From Nitrosopumilus sp. (GTDB lineage: Archaea; Thermoproteota; Nitrososphaeria; Nitrososphaerales; Nitrosopumilaceae): a stretch of 64,000 nt of DNA. Position numbers and translations under genes: made by a program. The stretch covers positions 320,001-384,000 of the forward strand of contig OZ242186.1 in NCBI GenBank assembly GCA_965205675.1. The letters run 5' to 3'. Shown here piece by piece: positions 9,002 to 18,546 of the stretch. Under the pieces are notes generated by a model. That model did no database searches, had not been told where the DNA came from, and saw only the letters and a program-made list of their open reading frames with translations. Position 1 is the stretch's first letter; each line of letters begins with the position of its first letter.

Positions 9002-10276
9002 TTATGGCCAAATACCTTTTTGGTTAAAGGCTTCTAATACTCTTTCAATCGCTAGAACCATAGTTGCTTTTCTCATATCTATTTTGTGCTTTTTACTAAG
9101 TGCATATGCGTCTCTAAATCCTTTAGTGATATTAGATTCCATCTTGTTTGCAACCTCATCAAATGTCCAATAATACCCAATGTTGTTTTGAACCCACTCC
9201 AGGTATGATATACATACACCACCAGAATTTGCTAGAATATCAGGAATTACCAGAATTTTCTTTTTAAGAATAATTGGATCTGCTTCGGGTAGTGTTGGAC
9301 CATTAGCAGCTTCTGCAATAATTTTACATTGTAGTTTATTTGCAATTTTTGCATTAATTTGATTCTCAAGCGCACCTGGAACTAGTATATCACATTTCGT
9401 AGTAAGTAATTCTTCAGTTGAGATTTTTCTGCTTCCTGGAAATCCAAGAACCGATCCTTTCTTTTGTTTATGAGCTAAAATTGCAGATACTTTGGCACTT
9501 TTTGGAATTGAAATTGAACCTTTAGAATCACTGACACCAATTATTTTTGCACCCATTTTTTCAAGATATTCGCCAGCAAAAGTTGAAGCATTTCCAAATC
9601 CTTGTAAAACTACTTTTGCACCTTTTAAACTAATTTTCAATGTTTTAGCAGCTTCTCTTACGGTATATGCTGCACCTAATCCCGTTGCAACATTTCGTGC
9701 AAGTGAACCTCCCATTGAAATCGGCTTACCAGTAATAACGCCAGGAGAATATTTGTTACCGTTTAGTTTACTAAATGTATCCATAATCTGTGTCATCTCT
9801 CTACCAGTGGTGTAAACATCAGGGGCAGGAATATCTTTTTCAGGACCAATAATCTCAGAAATTTTATATGCAAATCCTCTGGTAAGTCTTTCTAATTCAC
9901 CATTACTCAGTTTTTCAGTTTTTGGATTAACGTAAATTGCACCTTTACCTCCACCAAGAGGCACATTCACAATAGCACATTTCCATGTCATCCATGAAGA
10001 TAAAGCCATAACTTCGCGTTCCATGTATTCTACTCCGCCCTCGGGATTGAAATAACGAATACCCCCTTTGTATGGACCTCTATCATTGTTATGTTGACTC
10101 CTAAAACCTGTAAAAATTCTAATTTTCCCATTATCCATCTTGACGGGGATTTTAACTCTCAAAACTTTGTTTGGCATTGCCAAATATTCTCGTAACTCTT
10201 TATCCTTAATTCCCAGAATGTCACATGCATCATTAACTTGTTTTGTTGCATTGGCAAATGGATCAGACTTAACCAA
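9002..10276 (-). CDS. gdhA: Glutamate dehydrogenase (Glu/Leu/Phe/Val family)
   Basis: GPYKGGIRY, GGGKG, DIPAPDV, QGFGN and EAANGP motifs. Confidence 0.95.
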   Translation of the reverse strand: MVKSDPFANATKQVNDACDILGIKDKELREYLAMPNKVLRVKIPVKMDNGKIRIFTGFRSQHNNDRGPYKGGIRYFNPEGGVEYMEREVMALSSWMTWKCAIVNVPLGGGKGAIYVNPKTEKLSNGELERLTRGFAYKISEIIGPEKDIPAPDVYTTGREMTQIMDTFSKLNGNKYSPGVITGKPISMGGSLARNVATGLGAAYTVREAAKTLKISLKGAKVVLQGFGNASTFAGEYLEKMGAKIIGVSDSKGSISIPKSAKVSAILAHKQKKGSVLGFPGSRKISTEELLTTKCDILVPGALENQINAKIANKLQCKIIAEAANGPTLPEADPIILKKKILVIPDILANSGGVCISYLEWVQNNIGYYWTFDEVANKMESNITKGFRDAYALSKKHKIDMRKATMVLAIERVLEAFNQKGIWP

Positions 10277-10348
10277 GATGATCGTATTGTAAAGTATCAG
10301 ATTATATAAGTTTGGTTGAAAATTTCTGATCGCAATTTAAGGAATCAG

Positions 10349-10732
10349 CTAAAGGTAAACTTTGGTATAGTTCATTTTTCTATCTAATCTTTCGATGGCC
10401 TCATCAAGTGCACCAATATTAATTTCAAGGAAATTAGACAAGTGAAATATTGCACCATATTTCTTACCAATTTTTGAGACCATGTTGTTTTTTTCTAGGA
10501 CTTTCATATGGTGTTGGATTGCTTTATAATCAAGATCAAGTTGTTTTGCTAATTGATGGGTATTGTATGGTTGCTCTAGAAGATGAATGATTATTCGCAA
10601 TCTAGTAAACCCGCCTCTTGTACTTGTAAATAAATACAATAGTAACTTTCTAGTCTGTTTGTCGATTTTTCTCTGTTCTGAGACTTGTTTTGATCTAATG
10701 ATCTTTTTGAATTCTAATAGTTGATTAGTCAT
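10349..10732 (-). CDS. ArsR-type winged helix-turn-helix regulator
   Basis: TRGGFTRLRII...NTHQLAKQLDLDYKAIQHHMKVLEKNN. Confidence 0.85.
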   Translation of the reverse strand: MTNQLLEFKKIIRSKQVSEQRKIDKQTRKLLLYLFTSTRGGFTRLRIIIHLLEQPYNTHQLAKQLDLDYKAIQHHMKVLEKNNMVSKIGKKYGAIFHLSNFLEINIGALDEAIERLDRKMNYTKVYL

Positions 10733-10843
10733 ATTTCCTGAATTAATTAAAACCCATTTTGCTTAAAACCATATTTCCATATCTCACCCATATTCAGGCA
10801 TGACAATTACCCTTAAATTGACTGAGAATGAACTCGTGATATC

Positions 10844-11566
10844 ATGATGGCATCACGTGGTTACGATATGACTCCTACCATGTATTCACCAGATGGAAGA
10901 ATTTACCAAGTTGAATATGCTATTGAGACAGTAAAAAGAGGAACTCTAGCATTAGGTATTGCAACTAAACAAGGAGTTGTTATGGCAGTTGAAGAAAAGC
11001 CTAGAACCTTACAAACCAGTAACATCACACAGAAAATTTTCCAAGTAGATTATCATATTGGTGTAGCAGCAGCAGGATACATTCCAGATGCACGAGTTCA
11101 AGTAGATGGTGCAAGATTTTTCTCACAAGGAAATAGAATGACTTATGATGAATCTGTAGAAGTAGCAACAGTTGCCAAACATCTAGCAGATCAAGCTCAT
11201 CAATTTACACAATATGGGGGAGTACGCCCAAATGGTGTATCCATGATCATTGCAGGTATTGATCAGAAAGGAGAATCAATCTATGTTACTGATCCTAGTG
11301 GAACATATGTACAATTTGCAGCAGTTGCAATTGGCGCAGGTTCTGATGATGTTAATATATTTTTAGAGAAACATTACAAAGATGATTTGGGTTTGGATGA
11401 TGCAGCATCACTGGCTATAGCTGCAATTAATCTTAAAGCAGAAGCAAAAGATGTAGTCAATAACATAAAAATGGCAAAAGTTACATCTGAAGCAAAACTT
11501 TTTCAGAAAGTTTCTGAATCCGATTTACAAAATTATTCTCAAGACGCATTAAAGTTTGTACCGTAA
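10844..11566 (+). CDS. psmA: Proteasome subunit alpha
   Basis: GYDMTPTMYSPDGRIYQVEYA signature. Confidence 0.97.
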   Translation: MMASRGYDMTPTMYSPDGRIYQVEYAIETVKRGTLALGIATKQGVVMAVEEKPRTLQTSNITQKIFQVDYHIGVAAAGYIPDARVQVDGARFFSQGNRMTYDESVEVATVAKHLADQAHQFTQYGGVRPNGVSMIIAGIDQKGESIYVTDPSGTYVQFAAVAIGAGSDDVNIFLEKHYKDDLGLDDAASLAIAAINLKAEAKDVVNNIKMAKVTSEAKLFQKVSESDLQNYSQDALKFVP

Positions 11567-11619
11567 TAGAATTTTTGATTTGAAAACTATTCAAACAAGT
11601 ATATTGAGACGATAGATCA

Positions 11620-12309
11620 ATGGGTCTGGGGAGTTATTGGGGGGAAGTAATGGAAGTGCTTCGAGAAATCATTCCAATTTATGACAAAGTTAATTCTATT
11701 ATTTCATTAGGCAAAGATAAAGAACATAGAATTAGAGGAATCTCTAACAGAGTACACCCAGGTAACAAAATCCTAGATGCAGGTTCAGGTTTTGGCAACA
11801 TGTCAAAAACAGCAATGACATTGACAGAAGATAAAATCTCAATGACATTGTATGATCCACTTGTACCCATGTTAAAAAATACAGGCACATTTTTTGAGAA
11901 AACACCAGATATGGCAAATGGTGTTTTTGAACATATTCCATTTCAAGATGAAGAATTTGACGCTGTGTTATGTGGTTATTCTTTAAGGGATGCAATTAAT
12001 TTAAGAATTGCAATCTCTGAAATTCACAGAGTCTTAAAAAAAGATGGAAGATTCGTTATAGTGGATTTAGGAAAACCAGATAAGGCATTCTTTCGAGCAG
12101 GTGTTTCATTTTATCTTAGATGTATTTTACCTATTCTTGCATTTGTAGCAGGGGGAAGATTAGGATTAAAGTTTGGTACATTATATGGAACCTATAAACG
12201 ATGGCCAAAAAATAAAAAACTAGAAGAACTGATACTAGAAAAATTCTCCAGAGTAGAATTTGAGAAAGATCTTATGGGCGGGGCAATAATAGTTGCTGCA
12301 TACAAATGA
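11620..12309 (+). CDS. UbiE/MenG-like class I methyltransferase
   Basis: YDKVN..ISLG, ILDAGSGFG and EIHRVLKKDG motifs. Confidence 0.85.
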   Translation: MGLGSYWGEVMEVLREIIPIYDKVNSIISLGKDKEHRIRGISNRVHPGNKILDAGSGFGNMSKTAMTLTEDKISMTLYDPLVPMLKNTGTFFEKTPDMANGVFEHIPFQDEEFDAVLCGYSLRDAINLRIAISEIHRVLKKDGRFVIVDLGKPDKAFFRAGVSFYLRCILPILAFVAGGRLGLKFGTLYGTYKRWPKNKKLEELILEKFSRVEFEKDLMGGAIIVAAYK

Positions 12310-13460
12310 ACAAAGTTCTGATACTAGTCAATATTACGGGTTTGATCATAGGAATTTCATATGGATTACACGGTCCAATCTTGCCAGTGTTTGCAAAAAA
12401 TATCATTGGTGCAACATACTTGGAACTTGGTATAATCGGACTAGCAAATTTTATTCCATACATGTTCATTCCACTTTTTGTAGGAATTTTACTAGACAGA
12501 ATCAACAACGGATACTTGCTTGCAGTTGGTGCTGTAATTAATTCTGCATCAATCTACCTTTTGTCAGTCGCACAATCAGTTCCAGAAATTATGGGATTTA
12601 GAATAATAACAGGTCTAGCGCATGCATTTTTTTGGCCTCCATGTGAGGCAATTATTTCAAATGAAAGTTCTGAGAAGAATAGAGTAAAACACATCTCATG
12701 GTTTACAATGTTTTTTGTAATTGGATTTATGATTGGGCCATTATTAGGCACAGTGTTACTTGAAGGTCTAGATATTACATACAGAATTTTATTCCAAATC
12801 GCGGCATTTATTCTCGCAGCAGCAATAATTTCTGCACTCTTAGTCTCAAAAAAGAGAATAAAAAAGCATCAAGATCGATTTTCATTTTCGTCAATTACAG
12901 AAATGAGAAAATTTCCAGAAGTCATAATATTATTAATTTTTTGTACATCATCATTTGGAATGATTCTTACAATATATCCAGCATTTCTTAATGGCAATGG
13001 AATGTCTGCTGCAGACATTTTGTTATTATATTTTGCTTTTGGCGTATCTCGAGTTGTATCTTTGGCATTAGCTGGGAAACTTGCAAAAAAAACCAGTCAA
13101 ACTTTGATTGCAGCAACTATGGCAGTTTCAGCAGGACTAGCTATATCAATAATTGCAGATTCAATCATTGTTTTTGGAATAGCACTGGTTCTAATGGGAT
13201 TTGGGTTTAGTATATTCTTCCCATTAACTTTGGAGATAATTTTGAGTAAAACACGAAAAAATATTTCAGGGAAGATCATTGGAGCATATGAAACAGTTTT
13301 CGGTATGGGGTGGGCAATAGGTCCAGCTGTAGGCGGGCCAATCACTCAATCATTTGGAAATGAGACACCATATGTGATATTTTGTGTAATAGGTATTGGA
13401 GTAACATTATTTGCAATAATCTTTAGAAATAAGCTGGAACTAGAAAGAATTCAAAATTAG
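12306..13460 (+). CDS. MFS transporter
   Basis: About 12 hydrophobic helices and a GILLDRIN motif-A-like loop. Confidence 0.9.
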   Translation: MNKVLILVNITGLIIGISYGLHGPILPVFAKNIIGATYLELGIIGLANFIPYMFIPLFVGILLDRINNGYLLAVGAVINSASIYLLSVAQSVPEIMGFRIITGLAHAFFWPPCEAIISNESSEKNRVKHISWFTMFFVIGFMIGPLLGTVLLEGLDITYRILFQIAAFILAAAIISALLVSKKRIKKHQDRFSFSSITEMRKFPEVIILLIFCTSSFGMILTIYPAFLNGNGMSAADILLLYFAFGVSRVVSLALAGKLAKKTSQTLIAATMAVSAGLAISIIADSIIVFGIALVLMGFGFSIFFPLTLEIILSKTRKNISGKIIGAYETVFGMGWAIGPAVGGPITQSFGNETPYVIFCVIGIGVTLFAIIFRNKLELERIQN

Positions 13461-13766
13461 ATTGATATAGTGCTACGTTTTTTGACACACACATCAAGTA
13501 CATCATCAACTGTTGTAACAAATATCTTGCCATTGTATTTGGTACTATAGCGAGAAGCATAAGTTCGTGAGTTATTTTTTAGGTGTTTCAATTTGTTTAT
13601 TCGTATTTACCTATAGGCAAGATCAACTGATTTCTAGTTTTCTGAAATTATTTAGTTCACGAACTTTTGATCGTCGCTATAATAGCTCCCACCACCTAAC
13701 TTTTTTGGTTACAGTTACAACAGTATTTCGCAAATCCGACTGAATAATCACATCTATCTTTTTCAT
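13457..13766 (-). pseudogene. P-II family nitrogen regulator pseudogene, disrupted by a MITE and lacking its central part
   Basis: N-terminus MKKIDVIIQSDLRNTVVTVTKK and C-terminus NGKIFVTTVDDVLDVCVKKRSTISI* are typical P-II ends. They are separated by MITE 13546..13681. Confidence 0.7.
13546..13681. mobile_element. MITE family B (IS630-derived, 136 bp)
   Basis: Ends TATAGCGAGAAGCATAAGTTCGTGA ... TCACGAACTTTTGATCGTCGCTATA. The right ~65 bp match the IS630-like end at 63795. Confidence 0.75.
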
Positions 13767-13897
13767 AGAATTAATTTATACATAATTTTTTTAAACCATT
13801 ATGAGGTTTCCCACAGATGGGATTCAATGATGAAATCCATAATTTAGGCATGAATTTTGAACATTACGTTTAATTTCAATTTAAATAATAATAAAAC

Positions 13898-14245
13898 ATG
13901 GTTGGTAACCTGCTAAATATTGGTGGAAGTGAATGGATAATAATTATTTTTGTAGCACTAGTTTTAATTTTAGGTACAGGTAAACTTCCAGGTGCTGCTA
14001 AAAAAATGGGAAGAGCAGTCAACGAATATAATAAAGCCAAAAATGAAATTCAAGAACAAATGAAAGAGGTGACAGATGAAGCACCTAAAATTTCAGGACC
14101 AGTAGAAACTGAGCGAGAAAAATTAGAAATGATTGCAAAGTCAGCTGGAATAAAAGTTGGTAAGAAAACAGATGATGAGTTAAGAGAAAGTATTGCATCA
14201 AAAATAGGTCAGAAACGAACAGATGAATCCAAAGATGAAGAATAG
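13898..14245 (+). CDS. tatA: Twin-arginine translocase TatA/TatE subunit
   Basis: IGGSEWIIIIFVALVLILGTGKLPGAAKKMGRAVNEY. Confidence 0.9.
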   Translation: MVGNLLNIGGSEWIIIIFVALVLILGTGKLPGAAKKMGRAVNEYNKAKNEIQEQMKEVTDEAPKISGPVETEREKLEMIAKSAGIKVGKKTDDELRESIASKIGQKRTDESKDEE

Positions 14246-14249
14246 GTTG

Positions 14250-15000
14250 CTTTGATTTTTTTAATTCTATATGTATCAGTGTCTAGATGTTTTTTAGTAA
14301 ATTTGTAATAGTCTGGAACTATTTCAAAATCGAGAAATTCTCTTTTGAGAGATTTATTCATTACTGCAACTTGATCAGAATCAAGGAAAGGATCAAATAC
14401 CAAATCATTTTTTTTGTTTGAATATCCTATTAATTTTTTAATTATTTCAAATGAAAAGCTTTGTTGGTGTTTTTTTTATCATCTGCTCAGCATTCGCTTT
14501 TGATATTTCAGACATTGTCTTTGTAATAAAGACTACGATTTTTTTTGAATTTAATAAAAGGGAATTTTTTTCGTTTCTTATCATCTTTACAAACATAACG
14601 ACAATGATAATGAGAAGTAACAACTTTTCTCTTGATAACGACTCCAAACTAATATTTCCAAATTACATGATTAATGATTGTAAATCCAACATCATCTAAA
14701 GTACATAAAATATATTTAAGATTATTTCATCCTAAAAAAATATACACGCTTTCAGAACCTTTTAAAATTTTAAAAACTTCACTAGTCCATCCAAATGTAA
14801 AATCATAGTAATCTTCAGGTTCAACTTTATTATACTCAGATAACACCTTAGATAAAGTCCTACTATAGTTTGCTTTTTTGTCTTGAAATATATTACAAAT
14901 GGAGAATTAGTTATTACAAATTCAATTTTATTTTTAGGAATTAAATTCATTCCTTTAATACAATTTTAATTGTAAATTTTGTTAATTTTTATTTTTAAAT
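14250..15000 (-). pseudogene. Site-specific N4/N6 DNA methyltransferase (beta-class motif order), heavily degraded
   Basis: Fragments across frames: NCIKGMNLIPKNKIEFVITNSPF (eroded DPPF), KTPTKL, DLVFDPFLDSDQVAV (eroded DPFxGSG) and FEIVPDYYKF. Many stops and frameshifts. Confidence 0.75.
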
Positions 15001-15085
15001 CCAAGACCTTTTCTAGATTAATAATGTCGTGGACCATAATATTTGTCAAACAATAAATCATCAAAGATTTCTTATCAAATAGATC

Positions 15086-17599
15086 TTGAAGTTCTCATGT
15101 CCTAAATGCAAATCAAGAATAATAATTCAAAAAACATTCAATAAAAAAATGCATGTTTCTTGTGAAAAATGTGGAATTGAAGATCTGTTAGAATTCTCAA
15201 AAAATGTAGATGAAGTATTTTTAGAATTTCTTTCAAGATTTGATAAAGGATTAGTTACAGAAGACGGAATATCTAGAGGTCTCAAAGACGAAGGGATCAT
15301 CAGAGAAGAAAATGAAATCAAAAAAATGATAGGAAAAAATCACCCAGGTAAAATTACTGAGGAAATTTTATTTTCGAAAAAAGACTATATTTCACAATAC
15401 AAAGTACTGAGCAATCCTGAGCCTGAAATGGGCTGTAAAGTAGAAGAATTGGGATTAGATGAATCAATTACTAGTCATCTAGCAGAATTAAAAATTGAAC
15501 AGTTTTATAAATTTCAAGAAGAATCAATTAGAGAAATTACCTTTGGTGAAAACGTTATAATTGAAGCACCTACTGCATCTGGAAAAACTGAAGCATTTTT
15601 GATTCCAGTAATCCAAAGAATAAAAAAAGAATCTAATAAGAGTAGTAATGTTTTTGCAATTTTTGTATATCCTACAAAAGCATTATCCCGTGATCAATAT
15701 CCAAAAATTCAAAAATTTGTAGAAAAAATAAACATTAAAGTTAAAGTCTTTGATGGAGATACAAAACAAGAAGAAAGACGGAAAATAATTGAACACCCAC
15801 CACATATTCTAATTACAAATTTTGATGTGTTACATTATCATATGTGGCATCAAACAAAATTCTCATCATTATTAACATCCATTAGAATTATCATTACAGA
15901 TGAAGCTCATGTATATTCTGGAATTTTTGGATCAAACGTACATTACATCATAAAACGACTCAAAAGAATTTGTAATAATAAATTACAATTTGTGGCAGCA
16001 TCAGCTACACTTGATGATGCAAAAGAATTTTGTGAGAAACTATTTGGAGAAAATATGCAAAAAATTCAAGGTTCAGGCAGAAAAGGACAAACAGATTTTG
16101 CAATGTTATTTCCATCACTTCGAACACAAAGAGCACTAATGGTAGAATTGACAAAGAAATTAACTCAAAAAAATCACAAAACAATGGTTTTTAATAATTC
16201 ACATCTAAACTCAGAACTATTAGCAATTCAAGCAAAAAAACAAAAAGTCAACATTAAAGTTCACAGAGCAGGATTAATGGCAAATTATAGAACATCAGTT
16301 GAAAGGCAATTCAAAGAAGACCAATTACAAGCAATTTCATGCACTCCTACGCTTGAATTAGGCATAGATGTGGGCAATGTAGATTGTGTAATATCATCTA
16401 CCATCCCAGTAAACAGACTAATTCAAAGAATAGGAAGAGCAGCTAGAAAAGGTCAAAGGGGATATGCATTTTTAGCATTAGGAAACGATCCAATATCTCA
16501 ATATTACAAAAACCACCCTGATGATTATTTTGAAGATGTAGAAAAAACATACATTGATCCTAAAAATCCATTTGTTGAGGAGTTTCAAGTGTTAGCTATG
16601 GCATGTGATAGGCCAATATCAAAATATGAATTAAAAGAACATCAAGAAATCATTGAGCATCACATAATCAAAGAAAATCTAAAAGAGTTCAATAATAGAA
16701 TTATTCCAAATATTGACAAAATTAATTCTATGCTAAACGAATACAGCATAAGAGGGATTGGAAAATCAATAGATATCTTCTTAGCTGGAAAAAAAGTTGG
16801 GGACAGAGTATTACCAATTGCATTAGAAGAATTACACAAAGATGCAATCTATTTTTTAGCTGGAACTCGATACAAAGTCAAAGAATTTGATTATCCAGAA
16901 AAAAGCTATGCAAAACTTGAAAGAATTCCTAGAGACTATCCTTACTATACAAAATCATTAACAGAAGAATGGCCAATTATTGAAACAGTTTTTGAAAGAA
17001 GGAATGTACATGGTGTAGAAGTAGCATTTTGTAAATTACATATTAAAAAAAAGATATACGGTTATGCCAATATTGAACTAGGACAAGAAATTACACAAGG
17101 GGAAAAAATTGAATTAGATACTCCATTAGAATATGATTTTGTAACAAAAGGCATAGTATTTCATGCGCCACGACCTCTAAAAATTATCGAAGAATCTGAA
17201 GATAAAGAATATGCGGAAGCCAGTGGATATCATGCAACAGAACATGTGATGATCGAAGGCAGTAATATGATAACGGGTGGCGTGTCACAGGATTTGGGAG
17301 GTATTTCACTAGGTACTTCAGGCTTGATTTTTGTTTATGATGGAGCAATAGGAGGCAGTGGTGCAAGCAAAGCTCTCTATGATAGATTTGAGAATGCTCT
17401 AGAACGAAGTATGTCTATTGTAAAGGAATGTCCCTGCAAAAATGAATCTGGGTGTCCAAGATGTACATTCTCATACAGGTGTGGTAACAATAACGAATAT
17501 CTTCACAAGCATTCTGCTTTGGAGATTTTAGAGAGAATTAATTCAGGAGAGAAAACAGAATTGATTGATCCTATAGAAGGAGATAGGCCTCTAGTATAA
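15086..17599 (+). CDS. DEAD/DEAH helicase with C-terminal DUF1998 Cys cluster (Hrq1/SftH-like)
   Basis: APTASGKT, DEAH, SAT and QRIGRAAR motifs. C-terminal CPC..GCPRC....C and an N-terminal Zn ribbon. Confidence 0.92.
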   Translation: MKFSCPKCKSRIIIQKTFNKKMHVSCEKCGIEDLLEFSKNVDEVFLEFLSRFDKGLVTEDGISRGLKDEGIIREENEIKKMIGKNHPGKITEEILFSKKDYISQYKVLSNPEPEMGCKVEELGLDESITSHLAELKIEQFYKFQEESIREITFGENVIIEAPTASGKTEAFLIPVIQRIKKESNKSSNVFAIFVYPTKALSRDQYPKIQKFVEKINIKVKVFDGDTKQEERRKIIEHPPHILITNFDVLHYHMWHQTKFSSLLTSIRIIITDEAHVYSGIFGSNVHYIIKRLKRICNNKLQFVAASATLDDAKEFCEKLFGENMQKIQGSGRKGQTDFAMLFPSLRTQRALMVELTKKLTQKNHKTMVFNNSHLNSELLAIQAKKQKVNIKVHRAGLMANYRTSVERQFKEDQLQAISCTPTLELGIDVGNVDCVISSTIPVNRLIQRIGRAARKGQRGYAFLALGNDPISQYYKNHPDDYFEDVEKTYIDPKNPFVEEFQVLAMACDRPISKYELKEHQEIIEHHIIKENLKEFNNRIIPNIDKINSMLNEYSIRGIGKSIDIFLAGKKVGDRVLPIALEELHKDAIYFLAGTRYKVKEFDYPEKSYAKLERIPRDYPYYTKSLTEEWPIIETVFERRNVHGVEVAFCKLHIKKKIYGYANIELGQEITQGEKIELDTPLEYDFVTKGIVFHAPRPLKIIEESEDKEYAEASGYHATEHVMIEGSNMITGGVSQDLGGISLGTSGLIFVYDGAIGGSGASKALYDRFENALERSMSIVKECPCKNESGCPRCTFSYRCGNNNEYLHKHSALEILERINSGEKTELIDPIEGDRPLV

Positions 17600-17641
17600 T
17601 AAATCAAAATGGGATAAATATAACAAGAATTTATAATCAAT

Positions 17642-18472
17642 ATGGAAAAAGTAGCTCTTGTTACAGGTAGCTCTTCAGGGATTGGATTAGAAACAGCATT
17701 ATCATTAGCAAGAAGTGGATATCACACATTTGCTAGCATGAGAAATCTGCAAAAAGAAGGAGAATTGAAGCATGCTGCAAAAAAAGAAAATCTTTCAATC
17801 AAAGTAATAGAGTTAGACGTAGACAAAGAAGAATCAATCACATCTGCAATTAAAGAAATCATGTCAGAAAGTGGTAGATTAGATGTACTAGTTAACAATG
17901 CAGGATATGGTCAATTTGGATGCACCGAAGATGTAACAATGGATGAATTTAGAAAACAATTTGAAACAAATTTTTTCAGTATTGTAAAGATTATTCAAGA
18001 AATTGCACCAATAATGCGAAAACAAAATTTAGGTAAAATTATCAATGTAAGCTCAATTGTGGGACGAATGGGACTCCCAGGATCTCCAGCTTATATTAGT
18101 TCAAAATTTGCATTGGAGGGATTGGGAGAATGTTTAAGATATGAATTGGGTCAATTCGGAATTGGCATTACTATGATTGAACCAGGTGTAATCAAAACTA
18201 ATTTTTTCAATTCAATGAAAGTTCCAGAATCAAAGACAGATCCAAAATACAAAACATTAACTGATAATATTTTAGCAGGATTGAAAATGATGGTGGAGAT
18301 GGGAACCGCACCTTCACAAGTTGCAGATGTCATCATGAAGGCAATCCATGATGATGAGATGTTACCGCGATATGTAGTAGGTACAGATGCGGCAATGTTT
18401 ATGGAGGCAAAAAAGACGAAAACAGACCTAGAATTTGAGAAATACATGAGTAAAGAGCTATTTCCTAGTTAA
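17642..18472 (+). CDS. SDR family oxidoreductase
   Basis: TGSSSGIG, NNAG and YISSK motifs. Confidence 0.93.
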   Translation: MEKVALVTGSSSGIGLETALSLARSGYHTFASMRNLQKEGELKHAAKKENLSIKVIELDVDKEESITSAIKEIMSESGRLDVLVNNAGYGQFGCTEDVTMDEFRKQFETNFFSIVKIIQEIAPIMRKQNLGKIINVSSIVGRMGLPGSPAYISSKFALEGLGECLRYELGQFGIGITMIEPGVIKTNFFNSMKVPESKTDPKYKTLTDNILAGLKMMVEMGTAPSQVADVIMKAIHDDEMLPRYVVGTDAAMFMEAKKTKTDLEFEKYMSKELFPS

Positions 18473-18546
18473 TGCCATCTACGCTAAATTGATATACAGA
18501 TAGAACAGAGTTTTCGTCAAAGTCCACAATTTTGAGATGAAATGAA

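Noticed and set aside
13800-13860. Small hairpin and ATGATGA upstream of tatA as an ncRNA
   Set aside because: No D box at a suitable distance and no other support.
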